Origin: Longimicrobiales bacterium
GTDB taxonomy: Bacteria; Gemmatimonadota; Gemmatimonadetes; Longimicrobiales; Gaopeijiaceae
Reading direction: 5' to 3'
DNA: 64,000 bases
Assembly (NCBI GenBank): GCA_965218295.1
Contig: CBDCKN010000003.1
Span: forward strand, 192,001 to 256,000
Position numbers and translations under genes: made by a program. Shown here one piece after another: positions 8,844 to 19,191 of this stretch (position 1 is the stretch's first letter; each line of letters opens with the position of its first letter). A model generated the notes under the pieces. It was not told the origin of the DNA. It saw only the letters and a program-made list of their open reading frames with translations, and did not search any database.

Positions 8844-9536
8844 TTACGGTTGAGGCGTCTCGGACGTGCTCGAAAAGGTCACGTCGGTGGAGACCGTCTG
8901 ACCCTCTCCCACCTCCACTGCCGTCTTGACCTCCCCGAACCACTCGTGCCACGCGGTCAGCTCGTACTGCCCCGGCGGGACATCGGTGATCGAATAGGTG
9001 CCATTGTCGTTGGCCCTCGTGAAGAACCCGTTCTCCAGAACCAGGATGTGCGCGATCATCTGGGAGTGGATGTCACACAGCACCAGGATGCTGTCGGGCC
9101 TCGCGAAAACGCCGGAGAACGTCGAGCCGGGGCGCTGGCCGCGGTTGAAGTTGCGGTTTCGGCGCCTCCCCTTGGCGTACGTATGGATGTTGTGGAGCTC
9201 GTCGTCGCTGTTGTGGAACGACACCTCGTCGCCCGCCAGGACGGGCATCACCCTTGGGACGAACGTATAGTCGATCTGATCCAGAAGAAGTTGCTCTGGC
9301 GCCCGTTCCGTTGCCGGGGTCTCCGTCGTCAGCCCCTCGCCGGACAGATAGATCACGGCGTGCGAGATCTCGAAGAACTCGTCATCGGGTATGGTCTCGA
9401 AGATCACCCGTCCTTGAACGATCCCTGTGGCCGGCTGGTCAACTGCCGAGCCGGGGCCGAGGGCCGGCCATAGGAGTGGGGCGATCAGGCCCGCGGTGAG
9501 CGCCAACGTTCCGGGACGAGTCAGGGTGGTGGTCAT
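8844..9536 (-). CDS. Secreted cupredoxin-like plus carboxypeptidase-regulatory-domain protein
   Basis: FVPRV...NSDDELHNIH...CDIHSQM...GTYSITDVPPGQYELTAWHE. Confidence 0.8.
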   Translation of the reverse strand: MTTTLTRPGTLALTAGLIAPLLWPALGPGSAVDQPATGIVQGRVIFETIPDDEFFEISHAVIYLSGEGLTTETPATERAPEQLLLDQIDYTFVPRVMPVLAGDEVSFHNSDDELHNIHTYAKGRRRNRNFNRGQRPGSTFSGVFARPDSILVLCDIHSQMIAHILVLENGFFTRANDNGTYSITDVPPGQYELTAWHEWFGEVKTAVEVGEGQTVSTDVTFSSTSETPQP

Positions 9537-9852
9537 GGGTACTCTTGAGTGTTGGCCTGCGCGGGGCACGACATTGGCTCCCTCCTACACCGCTGTCCTC
9601 CCCGAGGTCGCTCCACCGTTGGTTACGTCGGCTTCAACCCAGCCACGCGGCAGGATCGGCTGTGGGCAGGCGGCACGGGCGGATACTTCGCGTTCGACGT
9701 CACGGACACGTCCAACCCCGGGGTGGAGAGCCAGTGGCAGCCGCTGCGACTCTTCGAGCCGTGAGTCGGTGCGTCCCCGGCGACCCACTCATGAGGAAGG
9801 CCCGGCTGCGAGCCGATCCGCTACGAGCGATCCGTTGAACCGCCTATTCGAA

Positions 9853-10977
9853 CTACAGGAGGCCCGTGTTGGGATGGAACGTCGCCCAGGCGAACCAGAA
9901 CGCTACATACGCGTCGGGAATCGGCTCGAGCACCGAGCCCACGAGGGAACCCGAGATCGCCTTTCCAGCCATCGTCCACTCGCTCCCGGTCTCCACGTCG
10001 AAGAACTTGTCGTCACGGACTTCAAACGTGAGGTCCTGACCGTTTGCCCTAGGCTCGAACGCCACGGCGGACTCGGCCTCGGTGGACCAGAACACGACGA
10101 CCGATCGAGTGCCCTGTACGTCGTCGTGAACCACGGCCTTGTTGCCCATGGCAGCGAGAACGGTGAACGGGAACGCCATCCCGAAGCCGTTGTCACGTGG
10201 AATACCGAGGAGGCGCTCCTTCGGGGGGCGCCGGCGGTCGATCTCCTCGTTGGGGTACAGAGTCTCGGCGTTGTTGAGGATCTCGTAGTTCCCGTACGGA
10301 TACGACCCGTAATCACGATCGAAGCCGAGCGCGCCCGAGACGATCAGGGTCTCAGGGTGAAGCTCCCTCCAAGCTTTCCACCGCATCTCCGTCGCCGGAT
10401 ACATGGTCAGGGGTGCGCCGTCTAGCGGACCGCAACGAGCTCCGCGCAGCATCTGCGGGAATAACGACTCCTGAGTCCCGTCGGGCGGGCGGTTGAACAT
10501 GATCAGGTTGTTGTTGTAGAGCAGGCCCGAAACGCCGAAATCGGACCCCTCTACCGACCTGCGATCGAAGACCATGCTCGACCCGGTGAGAGGGCAGTAG
10601 GAGACGGCGAGTGGAATTCCGAAATCGTCGAAGTTCACGATCTCGTGGTGCCACCCGATGTTGTGCGGAACCGCGACGAACACGCCCCCTGCCTCGATCC
10701 CGATCACCCGGTCGGTGTTCATCATGTACGCGGCCTCGGGATGATTGGCAGTGACTAGATGCGGGTTCCGCAGAGCCGGAATTGCGCCCCTGCCTAGTCC
10801 GGTCGAGAAGATCTCGCCTTCGGGGATGCTGCAGACCTGGCCCAGAGGCGGGTCGCCGTTTTGCGGAGACGTCCCGTCACCACCGCCACACGCCGACACG
10901 GCGACTGCGAACGCCAAGATGGCGGTCAGGCTGAATAGCCGCTGGTGGGCGTCACGCACGAACTCGGAAGTGGCCAC
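9853..10977 (-). CDS. DUF3179 domain lipoprotein
   Basis: IPAL, WHHEIVN, SYCPLTGS, FGVSGLLYNNNLIM, ETGSEW, FWFAWATFHP. Confidence 0.88.
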   Translation of the reverse strand: MATSEFVRDAHQRLFSLTAILAFAVAVSACGGGDGTSPQNGDPPLGQVCSIPEGEIFSTGLGRGAIPALRNPHLVTANHPEAAYMMNTDRVIGIEAGGVFVAVPHNIGWHHEIVNFDDFGIPLAVSYCPLTGSSMVFDRRSVEGSDFGVSGLLYNNNLIMFNRPPDGTQESLFPQMLRGARCGPLDGAPLTMYPATEMRWKAWRELHPETLIVSGALGFDRDYGSYPYGNYEILNNAETLYPNEEIDRRRPPKERLLGIPRDNGFGMAFPFTVLAAMGNKAVVHDDVQGTRSVVVFWSTEAESAVAFEPRANGQDLTFEVRDDKFFDVETGSEWTMAGKAISGSLVGSVLEPIPDAYVAFWFAWATFHPNTGLL

Positions 10978-11115
10978 TAGTCTCCGCCTTGAAGAGGAGT
11001 CCGGGATACTATGCGTAACTCTCGGGGGTGGAGAGTGGTTCCCGCGCGCGGAGGAACGTGGTGGGAGGGCCAGCGCCCCGGTGGGAGGCGGTACGGCCCT
11101 ACGCTACTGAGCTAT

Positions 11116-11325
11116 CTAGCGCCTGAGCGAGACGATCTCGATGACGCCCCGGGGGAATCCCATGCCGTAGCGAATGGCGGCGCGACCCGGATCAAGATAG
11201 TGAATCTCGTGAATGTCCCGCACCTGATACACGGCGAGGATATCCAGCCCGCCCATGCGCGTGCCGTCCAGATAGACTGTGGGCGTCAACGCCCTTTGTC
11301 GGGCGGGGCCTGTCAAATGAAACAT
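11116..11325 (-). CDS. Small protein or fragment resembling a stand-alone TonB-receptor plug domain
   Basis: PTVYLDG.RMGG...DIHEIHYL...AAIRYG.G...GVIEI; N-terminus uncertain. Confidence 0.5.
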   Translation of the reverse strand: MFHLTGPARQRALTPTVYLDGTRMGGLDILAVYQVRDIHEIHYLDPGRAAIRYGMGFPRGVIEIVSLRR

Positions 11326-11572
11326 CCGAGGAGCCACACAGACCCTTTCCGGCACCGTTACCGCGAGCCCGAGCCCCTTGTGTATCTTGCCTGCCGACCA
11401 CCATTTGTTGTCCCTGCCCCGTGTGCGAGCGACGCTGTTGGGCGGCGTGGCCCGATGTGTACCTCAGGTGTCCCGACACCGAAGGGCAGACGATCAGCGA
11501 CGACATCATGGGGCGCTTCGACTAGTCCGCTACGGGCCATCACACCGGACATTCACACCGTTCGATCAGGAC

Positions 11573-12133
11573 ATGACTGAAGCCACCGACAGTCCGCTGG
11601 GCGGCCCGAGCGAGCTCACGCTCTGGGTCGGTATCTTCACGCTGACGCTCCTCGTGGGCGGGCTTGTGGCCGCCCTGGCCGCATTTCCGCAAGCGCTGCG
11701 ATTGGACGGGCTCGACGTGTCCAGGCTCCCACGCCTGCACGCATTCATGAACGGCACCACCGCGGTGCTCCTTGGGGCCGGCTATCTGGCGATCCGGAGT
11801 GGACGGCGGAAGACGCACCTCCGCCTGATGTCCATGAGCTTTGGGCTGTCGTGTCTCTTCCTGATCTCCTATGTGACTTATCACTCGCAGGCGCCGCAGG
11901 CCCACTTCGGAGGCGTGGGCTGGGTGCGTCCCGTCTACTTCTTCATCTTCATCACGCATATCTCGCTGGCGCCCATCCTGGTTCCGCTCGTCTTGTTCAC
12001 CCTGTCTAGAGCGGTGCGTGGAGAGCTGGCAAAGCACCGTCGGCTGGCCCGGTGGACGCTGCCCGTCTGGATGTACGTTGCCGTCACGGGCGTCCTGGTC
12101 TACGTCATGATGGCGCCCTACTACGACTTCTGA
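11573..12133 (+). CDS. DUF420 membrane protein
   Basis: HAFMNG, HLRLM, FLISYVTYH, THISLA, HRRLARWTLPVWMYVAVTGVLVY. Confidence 0.9.
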   Translation: MTEATDSPLGGPSELTLWVGIFTLTLLVGGLVAALAAFPQALRLDGLDVSRLPRLHAFMNGTTAVLLGAGYLAIRSGRRKTHLRLMSMSFGLSCLFLISYVTYHSQAPQAHFGGVGWVRPVYFFIFITHISLAPILVPLVLFTLSRAVRGELAKHRRLARWTLPVWMYVAVTGVLVYVMMAPYYDF

Positions 12134-12193
12134 CGGAGCCCCTGCTGCCCGGGTTTGCCCGGCCAGGGCTCGTTCCTCAAGCCCTACCCGGCC

Positions 12194-13786
12194 TCACGGC
12201 AGCCCGAAGACGAACATGGCGCCACCGGCTGCCATCACGACCCGTTGCCCGCCATCCACTTCGAACGACATGGGGTTCGACCGTGCCGCGGCCCCGGCGT
12301 GGAAATCCCACAACGACTCCCCGGTCTCGGCGTCCAGGGCGTAGAAGTTGTTCTCGCTGGTTCCACCGAACACCAGGCCGCCCGCCGTGGACATGACGCC
12401 GGCCCACGGAGGTGACAGCAGCCCGAACCGCCATCGGACCTTACCTGTTCGAACGTCGAGTGCTTTGACCGAGCCGGAGGCATCGTCACCGCTCAGAGCC
12501 TGCTCCCCACCGCCCATGAAGGGTTTGCCGGGCTCGTACTCGGCTTCACCCTTGTAGTAGACGGATCCCATCTCCCGTACGGCGACGTACACCATATCGG
12601 TGGCGGGACTGTAGCTCGGGCTGAACCAGTTGGTGGCCCCCTGAAGGCTCGGCCACACCAAGTTGCCCTCCTCTGTGGGCGTCGTGTTGGGGAGGACGAT
12701 CGGTCGACCGTTCTCGTCGAGACCGGCCGCCCACGTCTGCTTCGAGTACTCCCTGCCAGTGATGAACTCGCCGGTCTCGCGGTCCAGCACGTAGTAGAAC
12801 GCGTTGCGGTTGGCCATGGTCACCAGGCGGCGCATGCGCCCGTCGATCTCGAGGTCTACCAGGATGGGAATCTCGTTCGCGTCCCAATCGTGCACGTCGT
12901 GTGGCGTGAACTGGAAGTACCAGCGCATCTCTCCGGTGTCGGCGTCGATGGCCAGGAGGGAGCACGTGTAGAGGTTGTCTCCTGGTCGTTCGTCGCCGTT
13001 CCAGTCCGGAGCCGGATTCCCGATGCCCCAGTACAGGAGTTTGAGCTGCGGGTCGTAGGAGCCTGTCAGCCAGGTGGAGCCTCCACCGGTCCTCCAGCTG
13101 TCTCCCCCCCAGGTCTCACTCCCCGGCTCGCCGGGCGCCGGCACCGTGTAGAGGCGCCAGACACGCTCTCCGGTGGCGGCGTCATACGCGTCCACGAAGC
13201 CGCGGATGCCGGCCTCCGCCCCGCTCACGCCGATGACGACCTTCCCGTCGATGGCCAGAGGCGCCGCCGTGATGGCGAAGCCCACCGAGTTGTCGGCGAC
13301 CTCCACGTCCCACCGCACCGTCCCCGAGCCGGCGTCCAATGCAACCAGATGCGCGTTCAGCGTTCCCACGTAGACCGTCTCATCGAGAACGGCCACGCCG
13401 CGGTTCACCCTGGGGAAGCCGATGGCCAGGACCCCCGGAGGCAGAGACGGGGACCAGGTCCAGATGCGGCGTCCTGTGTGCACGTCGAGGGCGGTCACCG
13501 TGCTCGGCGGCTCGGTCAGGTACATGACATCGCCCACCACGAGCGGAGTCGTCTCCACGAGGCCGGGGTTCCGCATCTGGTACACCCACTTCACCTGGAG
13601 GTCGGAGACGGTATTCCGGTTGATCTCCTTTAGGGGTGAGTATCGCTCCGACGAGTAAGAGCCGGAGTAGGTGAGCCAGTTGTGCGGCTCCTCGGACGCT
13701 CGCACAAGCCTCTCATAGGACACTTGACCCGGGAGCGCGCCGGGCGCAGTGGTCACCATCGATGCGATCAGCACGATCCTCCTCAT
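12194..13786 (-). CDS. PQQ-dependent dehydrogenase (methanol/ethanol family beta-propeller)
   Basis: NWLTYSGSY...RYSPL, ETTPLV, VNRG, GIRGFVDAYD, WYFQFTPHDVHDWD, NRNAFYYVLDR. Confidence 0.93.
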   Translation of the reverse strand: MRRIVLIASMVTTAPGALPGQVSYERLVRASEEPHNWLTYSGSYSSERYSPLKEINRNTVSDLQVKWVYQMRNPGLVETTPLVVGDVMYLTEPPSTVTALDVHTGRRIWTWSPSLPPGVLAIGFPRVNRGVAVLDETVYVGTLNAHLVALDAGSGTVRWDVEVADNSVGFAITAAPLAIDGKVVIGVSGAEAGIRGFVDAYDAATGERVWRLYTVPAPGEPGSETWGGDSWRTGGGSTWLTGSYDPQLKLLYWGIGNPAPDWNGDERPGDNLYTCSLLAIDADTGEMRWYFQFTPHDVHDWDANEIPILVDLEIDGRMRRLVTMANRNAFYYVLDRETGEFITGREYSKQTWAAGLDENGRPIVLPNTTPTEEGNLVWPSLQGATNWFSPSYSPATDMVYVAVREMGSVYYKGEAEYEPGKPFMGGGEQALSGDDASGSVKALDVRTGKVRWRFGLLSPPWAGVMSTAGGLVFGGTSENNFYALDAETGESLWDFHAGAAARSNPMSFEVDGGQRVVMAAGGAMFVFGLP

Positions 13787-14628
13787 GACTGCCCCCTCAG
13801 GCTTGCGAGATAGGCCACCAGGTCGTCCATCTCGGCGTCGGAGAACGTGCCTCGGTAGTTCGGCATAAGGCTCTTGTCGAACTGCTTTTCGAGAGCCTCC
13901 AATTCCAGCTTCCGGAGCGAATGGACCTTCCCGTCCTCATCCCGAAGCTGGATCGTGTAAGAGTCCTCGTTGACGCGCATGCCCGTCATCTCGACCCCGG
14001 CCCGGGTCACGATCCGCACGGGAAGGAAGTCCGCAAAACCCACGGGCAGGACCGTGAGCCCCTCGGGGAGCGCTGCTCCGGGATCGATGAGAGATTCGTA
14101 CAGATAGCCGGCACCCCTGCGAGCCCCCACCGCCGAGAGATCGGGGCCGAGATTGGTCCCGAAGCCGCCCACCGTGTGGCACGTGCTGCATCCCCCCTTG
14201 CTCTCGAACAGCTCCCTTCCCCGCTCGGGACTTCCCGTGAGAGGTTCATTCGGCGTACGCCCCAGGAATCTGACATAGGAAACGAGTTGTTCGATCTCCG
14301 CGGCCGAGAGGAGCCACGTGCGTGGCATGCCGGTGCCCGGGATGCCGTTCGTGATGAGGGACGCCAAGCCGGTGTCGTCCCGCACCCGGGTGAGGAACGG
14401 GCGTGCCAGGCTCGGGCCTTCGCCCCCGGCTCCGTCCATTCCATGGCAGCGCGCACAGTGCGTTCGGAACTGCCGCTCCCCGGGTACGAGGGTCGTCGCG
14501 TCCTCCTGGGCGAGAATCGGCGGGGCCAGGAGAGCTGTGACCAAGAGGAGGGCGGCGAGAACCGGCTTGGCTATGGGTCGTGAGACCCCAGAGAGCACAG
14601 CGGCGGGCAATGGCCAGAAGCGCAGCAT
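13783..14628 (-). CDS. Diheme c-type cytochrome, partner of the PQQ dehydrogenase
   Basis: CARCH and CSTCH motifs, GPDLS, SLMP; 4-bp overlap with the dehydrogenase. Confidence 0.9.
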   Translation of the reverse strand: MLRFWPLPAAVLSGVSRPIAKPVLAALLLVTALLAPPILAQEDATTLVPGERQFRTHCARCHGMDGAGGEGPSLARPFLTRVRDDTGLASLITNGIPGTGMPRTWLLSAAEIEQLVSYVRFLGRTPNEPLTGSPERGRELFESKGGCSTCHTVGGFGTNLGPDLSAVGARRGAGYLYESLIDPGAALPEGLTVLPVGFADFLPVRIVTRAGVEMTGMRVNEDSYTIQLRDEDGKVHSLRKLELEALEKQFDKSLMPNYRGTFSDAEMDDLVAYLASLRGQS

Positions 14629-14859
14629 GGTGGCCTCCGTCGATCGGCGGCAATGGCGGTGACGACCCAACGAGCGTTTGGGTGATCCGCCAAACTATAG
14701 CGGGGAGAGCCGGGAAGACACCTTGTTGTGGCAGGCGTCCGACGAGGTGCTTCCGGTTGCCCCGTCAGGTCCCTCGTGGGGAGGGTTCGACAACCATGTC
14801 GCCACACCCGATCTTGGTGGGGCTTTCGATCCGGGAAACAACCGCGCAGGGGGATCACC

Positions 14860-16416
14860 ATGCACTCCACCGGAGCCAGTCTGGTCCTCGCCGCAATCAC
14901 CTTCGGCTCGCTGGCCTGTGAGCTTCAGCCCGGGCCCATCGATGTGGTGGAGGCGGCCATCGCCGACATCCAACATGCGATCGTGAGCGGACGGACGACC
15001 TGCAGGCTCGTGGTCCAAGCCTACCTCGATCGGATCGAGGCGTACGACGAGTCCACCGTAAGCGCCACCACCGTGGTGAACCCCAACGCCCTCTCCCGTG
15101 CGGACGACCTCGACGCATTGTTGGCCGCAGGCCTGGAGCCCCCACCCCTCTTCTGCGCACCCATGCTCGTCAAGGACAACTTCGACACCCACGACCTGCC
15201 GACCACTGGAGGCTCCATCGCCCTCATGGAGAGTCTCCCTCCCGACGACGCCTTCATGGTGCGTCGTATCCGCGAGGCCGGCGCGGTAGTCATCGCAAAA
15301 ACGAACATGGCGGAGTGGGCCTTCAGCGCCCGCCAGACGGTGAGTTCGTCCTACGACACGACCTCGAACGCCTATGCCTTCGACCGAGTACCGGCAGGAT
15401 CCAGCGGGGGGACTGCCTCGGGCGTCGCGGCCAGCTTCGGGGTGGCAGGGCTGGGCAGCGATACGGGGAATTCCATCCGAGGCCCCTCTTCACACCTCGC
15501 TCTCGTGGGGATCCGCTCCACCATCGGCCTCACGAGCCGGGACGGTGTGATCCCCCTCTTCTTCGACCGGGACATCGCTGGGCCCATGGCCCGCAGCGTC
15601 GAAGACGCGGCCAGGATCTTCAACGTGGTCGCCGGATACGACCCGGCCGATCCGTACACCGAGGCCGGGCGCGGCCGTAAGGAGATCGACTACACGGCCG
15701 GCCTGGACGCGAACGGCCTGGAGGGAGCACGTCTCGCGGTGCTCCGCCAATTGGTGGACGCCGAGGACGCCGACACGGCGGTCATCCGGGTGTTCGAGGA
15801 AGCCGTCGCCGACCTCGCCCGTCTCGGCGCCGAGATCGTGGACCCCCTCGACTTCGACCTCCAGGCACAACTCGATCGGGAGGGCATGTTCTGCAGGCGC
15901 TTCCGCTACGACATGTACCAATACCTGTCGTCCCTGGGCGAGAGCGCGCCCATCCGCGACGTTCTCGAGGTGCTGGAGACGGGCCAGTACGCCGACTACG
16001 CCGAGCAGTCGCTCCGTCGCTATGAAGAGATCCCCATGGACGTGCACCCCCGCGACTGGGAGACGCCCTGCCCCGACTACCTGGAGCACCAGGGGAGGCA
16101 GGCGTATCTATCCGACCTGGTTGCGGCCATGGACGCCGCCGAGGTGGACGCCGTCATCTACCCCACGTGGCGGAATCCCCCGGCGCACCTGGATCGGGCC
16201 CGAGAAGAGTACCTTGGGGACAACAGCCAGCTCGTGGCGCCGGCAACCGGCATGCCCGCCATCACGGTCCCCATGGGGTTCACGTACGCTACGCTTCCAG
16301 CGGGCCTCCAGATCCTGGCGCGCCCCTACGCCGAGCTCCTGCTCTTCCGGCTGGCCTACGCGTATGAGCAGGGGACGCACCACAGACGGCCCCCGGCCGG
16401 TTTCCCCGCGCTGTGA
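14860..16416 (+). CDS. Amidase signature family protein (lipoprotein-type signal)
   Basis: VKDNFDT, KTNMAEW, GSSGG, GSDTGNSIRGP. Confidence 0.93.
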   Translation: MHSTGASLVLAAITFGSLACELQPGPIDVVEAAIADIQHAIVSGRTTCRLVVQAYLDRIEAYDESTVSATTVVNPNALSRADDLDALLAAGLEPPPLFCAPMLVKDNFDTHDLPTTGGSIALMESLPPDDAFMVRRIREAGAVVIAKTNMAEWAFSARQTVSSSYDTTSNAYAFDRVPAGSSGGTASGVAASFGVAGLGSDTGNSIRGPSSHLALVGIRSTIGLTSRDGVIPLFFDRDIAGPMARSVEDAARIFNVVAGYDPADPYTEAGRGRKEIDYTAGLDANGLEGARLAVLRQLVDAEDADTAVIRVFEEAVADLARLGAEIVDPLDFDLQAQLDREGMFCRRFRYDMYQYLSSLGESAPIRDVLEVLETGQYADYAEQSLRRYEEIPMDVHPRDWETPCPDYLEHQGRQAYLSDLVAAMDAAEVDAVIYPTWRNPPAHLDRAREEYLGDNSQLVAPATGMPAITVPMGFTYATLPAGLQILARPYAELLLFRLAYAYEQGTHHRRPPAGFPAL

Positions 16417-16535
16417 GAGCGCGAAGCCGTTGCCGAGTGAGACTTCCTGCACCGCCCGGGCCCTCGTTGCCGGTGTATAGAGCCCGGTCTAACGTGGACG
16501 GGCGCCCCCCCGTGGCTCCTTCCGCGGAGACCGAA

Positions 16536-17978
16536 ATGCGTCTTGCCATACTTCTCCTGATGGCAGTCCTCACGAGCACATCTCTGTCCGCCCAACAGTT
16601 GGAAATCTGCCACATCGACGTGGATCAGGGGGACGCGACCCTCGTCGTCTCGCCCACGGGCGAGAGCTTGCTCATCGACTCAGGGGACAACGGCCAGGGC
16701 CAAAGAATCCGTCAGGTGCTTCACAACGCGGGCGTCGACAGAATCGACCACTTCGTGACCACGCACTACCACGCGGACCACTACGGAGGGATCGACGAGC
16801 TCACGGTCAGCCCAGCCATCCCGATCATCAACGTTTACGACCGTGGTGACAAGGCATTCCTACCTGCTAGCAAGCGCACGGGAGCGCGTTATGTCGAATA
16901 CGACGCCGCCCTGGGACATCGCGCCCAGCACCTACAACGCGGCGAATCGTTCATGCTGGGGGCAGTCACGGTGACCTGCATCGCTTCCGGCGGCGGCGTC
17001 ATGGGCGAGCAGGATCCCGAGCCCGGCCACGATGAGAACGACATGAGCGTTGCCCTCCTCATAGAGTGGCAAGGCTTCAGACTCTTCGTCGGGGGCGACA
17101 TCGAGTCGTTCACCGAAGAGAAAATCGCCGCTCTCGACGCAGCAACGGACGTGGATGTCTATCAGGCCAACCACCACGGCTCCCACTCGAGCACCTCGGC
17201 GGCCTTCATCCGGGACCTCTCACCCAGCGTCGTGATTATCTCCAACGGAGACCGGGCCGACTATCGCCACCCCCGGCAAGTCACCTTGGAGGCCTTGGCC
17301 GCCCTTCCGGAGCCACCCGCAGTGTTCCAGACGAACCGCTACACGAAGGGCGGACTGGGGGGCAACGTCGCCGACGACTTCATCGCCGATCAGGATCCGA
17401 GCGGGCCGGAGGGTACGATACGGGTCACGGTGGATGGGTCCGGCGGCCAGTACAGCGTCCGCTACAGCACCAATCAGCATATATTCGACTTCAAGAACCG
17501 GACGCCTCCCGAGGCCAGCATCGTGATCGAGAGCCTGCTTCCCAACCCCGTCGGTCCCGACCGGGAGCTAGAGGAGGTTACGGTCCGGAACGAGGGCCCG
17601 GGCACGGTCGACCTGAAGGAATGGTACCTGCAGGACCTGGCGCTACGCCGGTGGCCCCTTGCGGATCTCGGCACCCTCACCGCCGGAAGCAGCGGCACGA
17701 CCCTGCGGCGCGGCCTGCCGCTGAACCTGAACAACGGCGGAGACACCATCGTCCTCGTGGATCCCACGGGACAGGTCCGGGATCGGTTCGGTTATACCAC
17801 GACCGCGGGAGGGGATCCGCATCGTGACGGGCCACTGAGGGGTGGCCGCGTTCAACTACGAGCGGTATCAGGGCGACACCCGCAGCTTCCCGGCCGATCC
17901 CGAGATTTGGGAGGGAGCCATCGCCATGCCGTCCTGCCGCTCCCGAGATCGGTAGCGGCGGGTGGCGGGAGCCGGTGA
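16536..17978 (+). CDS. Secreted MBL-fold (ComEC/Rec2-like) hydrolase with C-terminal lamin-tail domain
   Basis: IDVDQGDA, THYHADHYGG, GGD, NHHGS; LTD pattern IESLLPNP...LNNGGDTIVL. The true stop may be 17838 (see findings). Confidence 0.85.
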   Translation: MRLAILLLMAVLTSTSLSAQQLEICHIDVDQGDATLVVSPTGESLLIDSGDNGQGQRIRQVLHNAGVDRIDHFVTTHYHADHYGGIDELTVSPAIPIINVYDRGDKAFLPASKRTGARYVEYDAALGHRAQHLQRGESFMLGAVTVTCIASGGGVMGEQDPEPGHDENDMSVALLIEWQGFRLFVGGDIESFTEEKIAALDAATDVDVYQANHHGSHSSTSAAFIRDLSPSVVIISNGDRADYRHPRQVTLEALAALPEPPAVFQTNRYTKGGLGGNVADDFIADQDPSGPEGTIRVTVDGSGGQYSVRYSTNQHIFDFKNRTPPEASIVIESLLPNPVGPDRELEEVTVRNEGPGTVDLKEWYLQDLALRRWPLADLGTLTAGSSGTTLRRGLPLNLNNGGDTIVLVDPTGQVRDRFGYTTTAGGDPHRDGPLRGGRVQLRAVSGRHPQLPGRSRDLGGSHRHAVLPLPRSVAAGGGSR

Positions 17979-17980
17979 AG

Positions 17981-18430
17981 TCAGCTGTGGGGAAGTCGGG
18001 GCCGTAGAAACCCGTATGCCCAGGCACCCGCCATCGCCGCCAGCAGCCCCACTACCATCACCCAGACGCCGGCACCGATGAGGGCGTAGATCGGACCGGG
18101 ACAGGCGCCCAGCAGGCCCCACCCGAGACCGAAGATCGTGCCACCGATCCAGTGCTGTGGCCCAGGTCGGGTGTCCTCGGGGGTCGGGAAGACGATGGGC
18201 CGTCCCGTCACGGTGCGGGCACCGGTCCGCTTGATCAGGAAGACACCCAGGGCCCCCACCGCTACCGCCCCACCGATGATCCCATACATATGGAAAGCGT
18301 GAAAGCGGAACATCTCCTGGATCCTGAACCAGGAGACCGCCTCGGTCTTGAGAAAGACCACTCCCAGGTAGACGCCCAGAAGGAGGTACGGCCACCCGGG
18401 CTCCTGTCGGTTCAGCGTCTGCCCGGTCAT
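17981..18430 (-). CDS. YeeE/YedE sulfur-compound transporter family, second subunit
   Basis: WFRIQEMFRF, IFGLGWGLLGACPGP. Confidence 0.88.
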   Translation of the reverse strand: MTGQTLNRQEPGWPYLLLGVYLGVVFLKTEAVSWFRIQEMFRFHAFHMYGIIGGAVAVGALGVFLIKRTGARTVTGRPIVFPTPEDTRPGPQHWIGGTIFGLGWGLLGACPGPIYALIGAGVWVMVVGLLAAMAGAWAYGFLRPRLPHS

Positions 18431-18433
18431 CGG

Positions 18434-18988
18434 TCAGAGGATCAGCGGAAGAAGAAAATGTGTGACGATGAGACCGCCCACGAAGAATCCGACCACAGCC
18501 GCCAGAGACGAGAGCTGGAGGTTCGAAAGTCCCGAGATCGCGTGGCCGGAGGTGCAGCCGTTCGCGTAGCGGGCGCCGAAGCCAACCAGGAATCCTCCGA
18601 CAACGATAAGGAGGAATCCCGCTCCGCTGGTCAGGCCGCTCCACGAGAAGAGCGACAGAGGCACCAAGCCCTCCCGGTTCTGAAGCCCCAGCTCCGAGAG
18701 TGCGGCCCAGGTACGCTCCGAGATGGGCAGGACGGGATCGGGGGACGCGAGAAAGGCGCTGGCAATCGCTGCGCCGAGTACAATGCCCAGGGCCATGAGG
18801 AGCTGCCAAGCCCCCCGGGACCTCCAGTCGTAGCGGAAGTACTCAAGTCCGGCGGGAACGGTGGCAGCACACAAATGGCGGAGGGTCGACGAGACGCCCC
18901 ACTTCCTCCCTCCGTACAGGTAGACCACCGGGACCACCAGCCCGATCAGTGGACCACCGACCCACCACGGCCAAGTCTCTCGGATCAC
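18434..18988 (-). CDS. YeeE/YedE sulfur-compound transporter family, first subunit
   Basis: WPWWVGGPLIGL, GVSS, GFGARYANGCTSGHAI; GTG start at 18988. Confidence 0.88.
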   Translation of the reverse strand: MIRETWPWWVGGPLIGLVVPVVYLYGGRKWGVSSTLRHLCAATVPAGLEYFRYDWRSRGAWQLLMALGIVLGAAIASAFLASPDPVLPISERTWAALSELGLQNREGLVPLSLFSWSGLTSGAGFLLIVVGGFLVGFGARYANGCTSGHAISGLSNLQLSSLAAVVGFFVGGLIVTHFLLPLIL

Positions 18989-19191
18989 TTTCCGACCGGA
19001 TCGGGAGGAGCGATGACGGCGAATCTGGACACGACTCCCACGGATATTAACCTCGTAACGTCCTCGTCGGACGAGGCCCACGCGATCGTCCGACCGACAA
19101 GAATGTTGCCCTGTGCTCAGAAGGGACCGCCCCGAGCCGCCGGTAAATAGAGGGCCGGCATTGAGAAACACAATCCCGGCCCACCGAAGGC

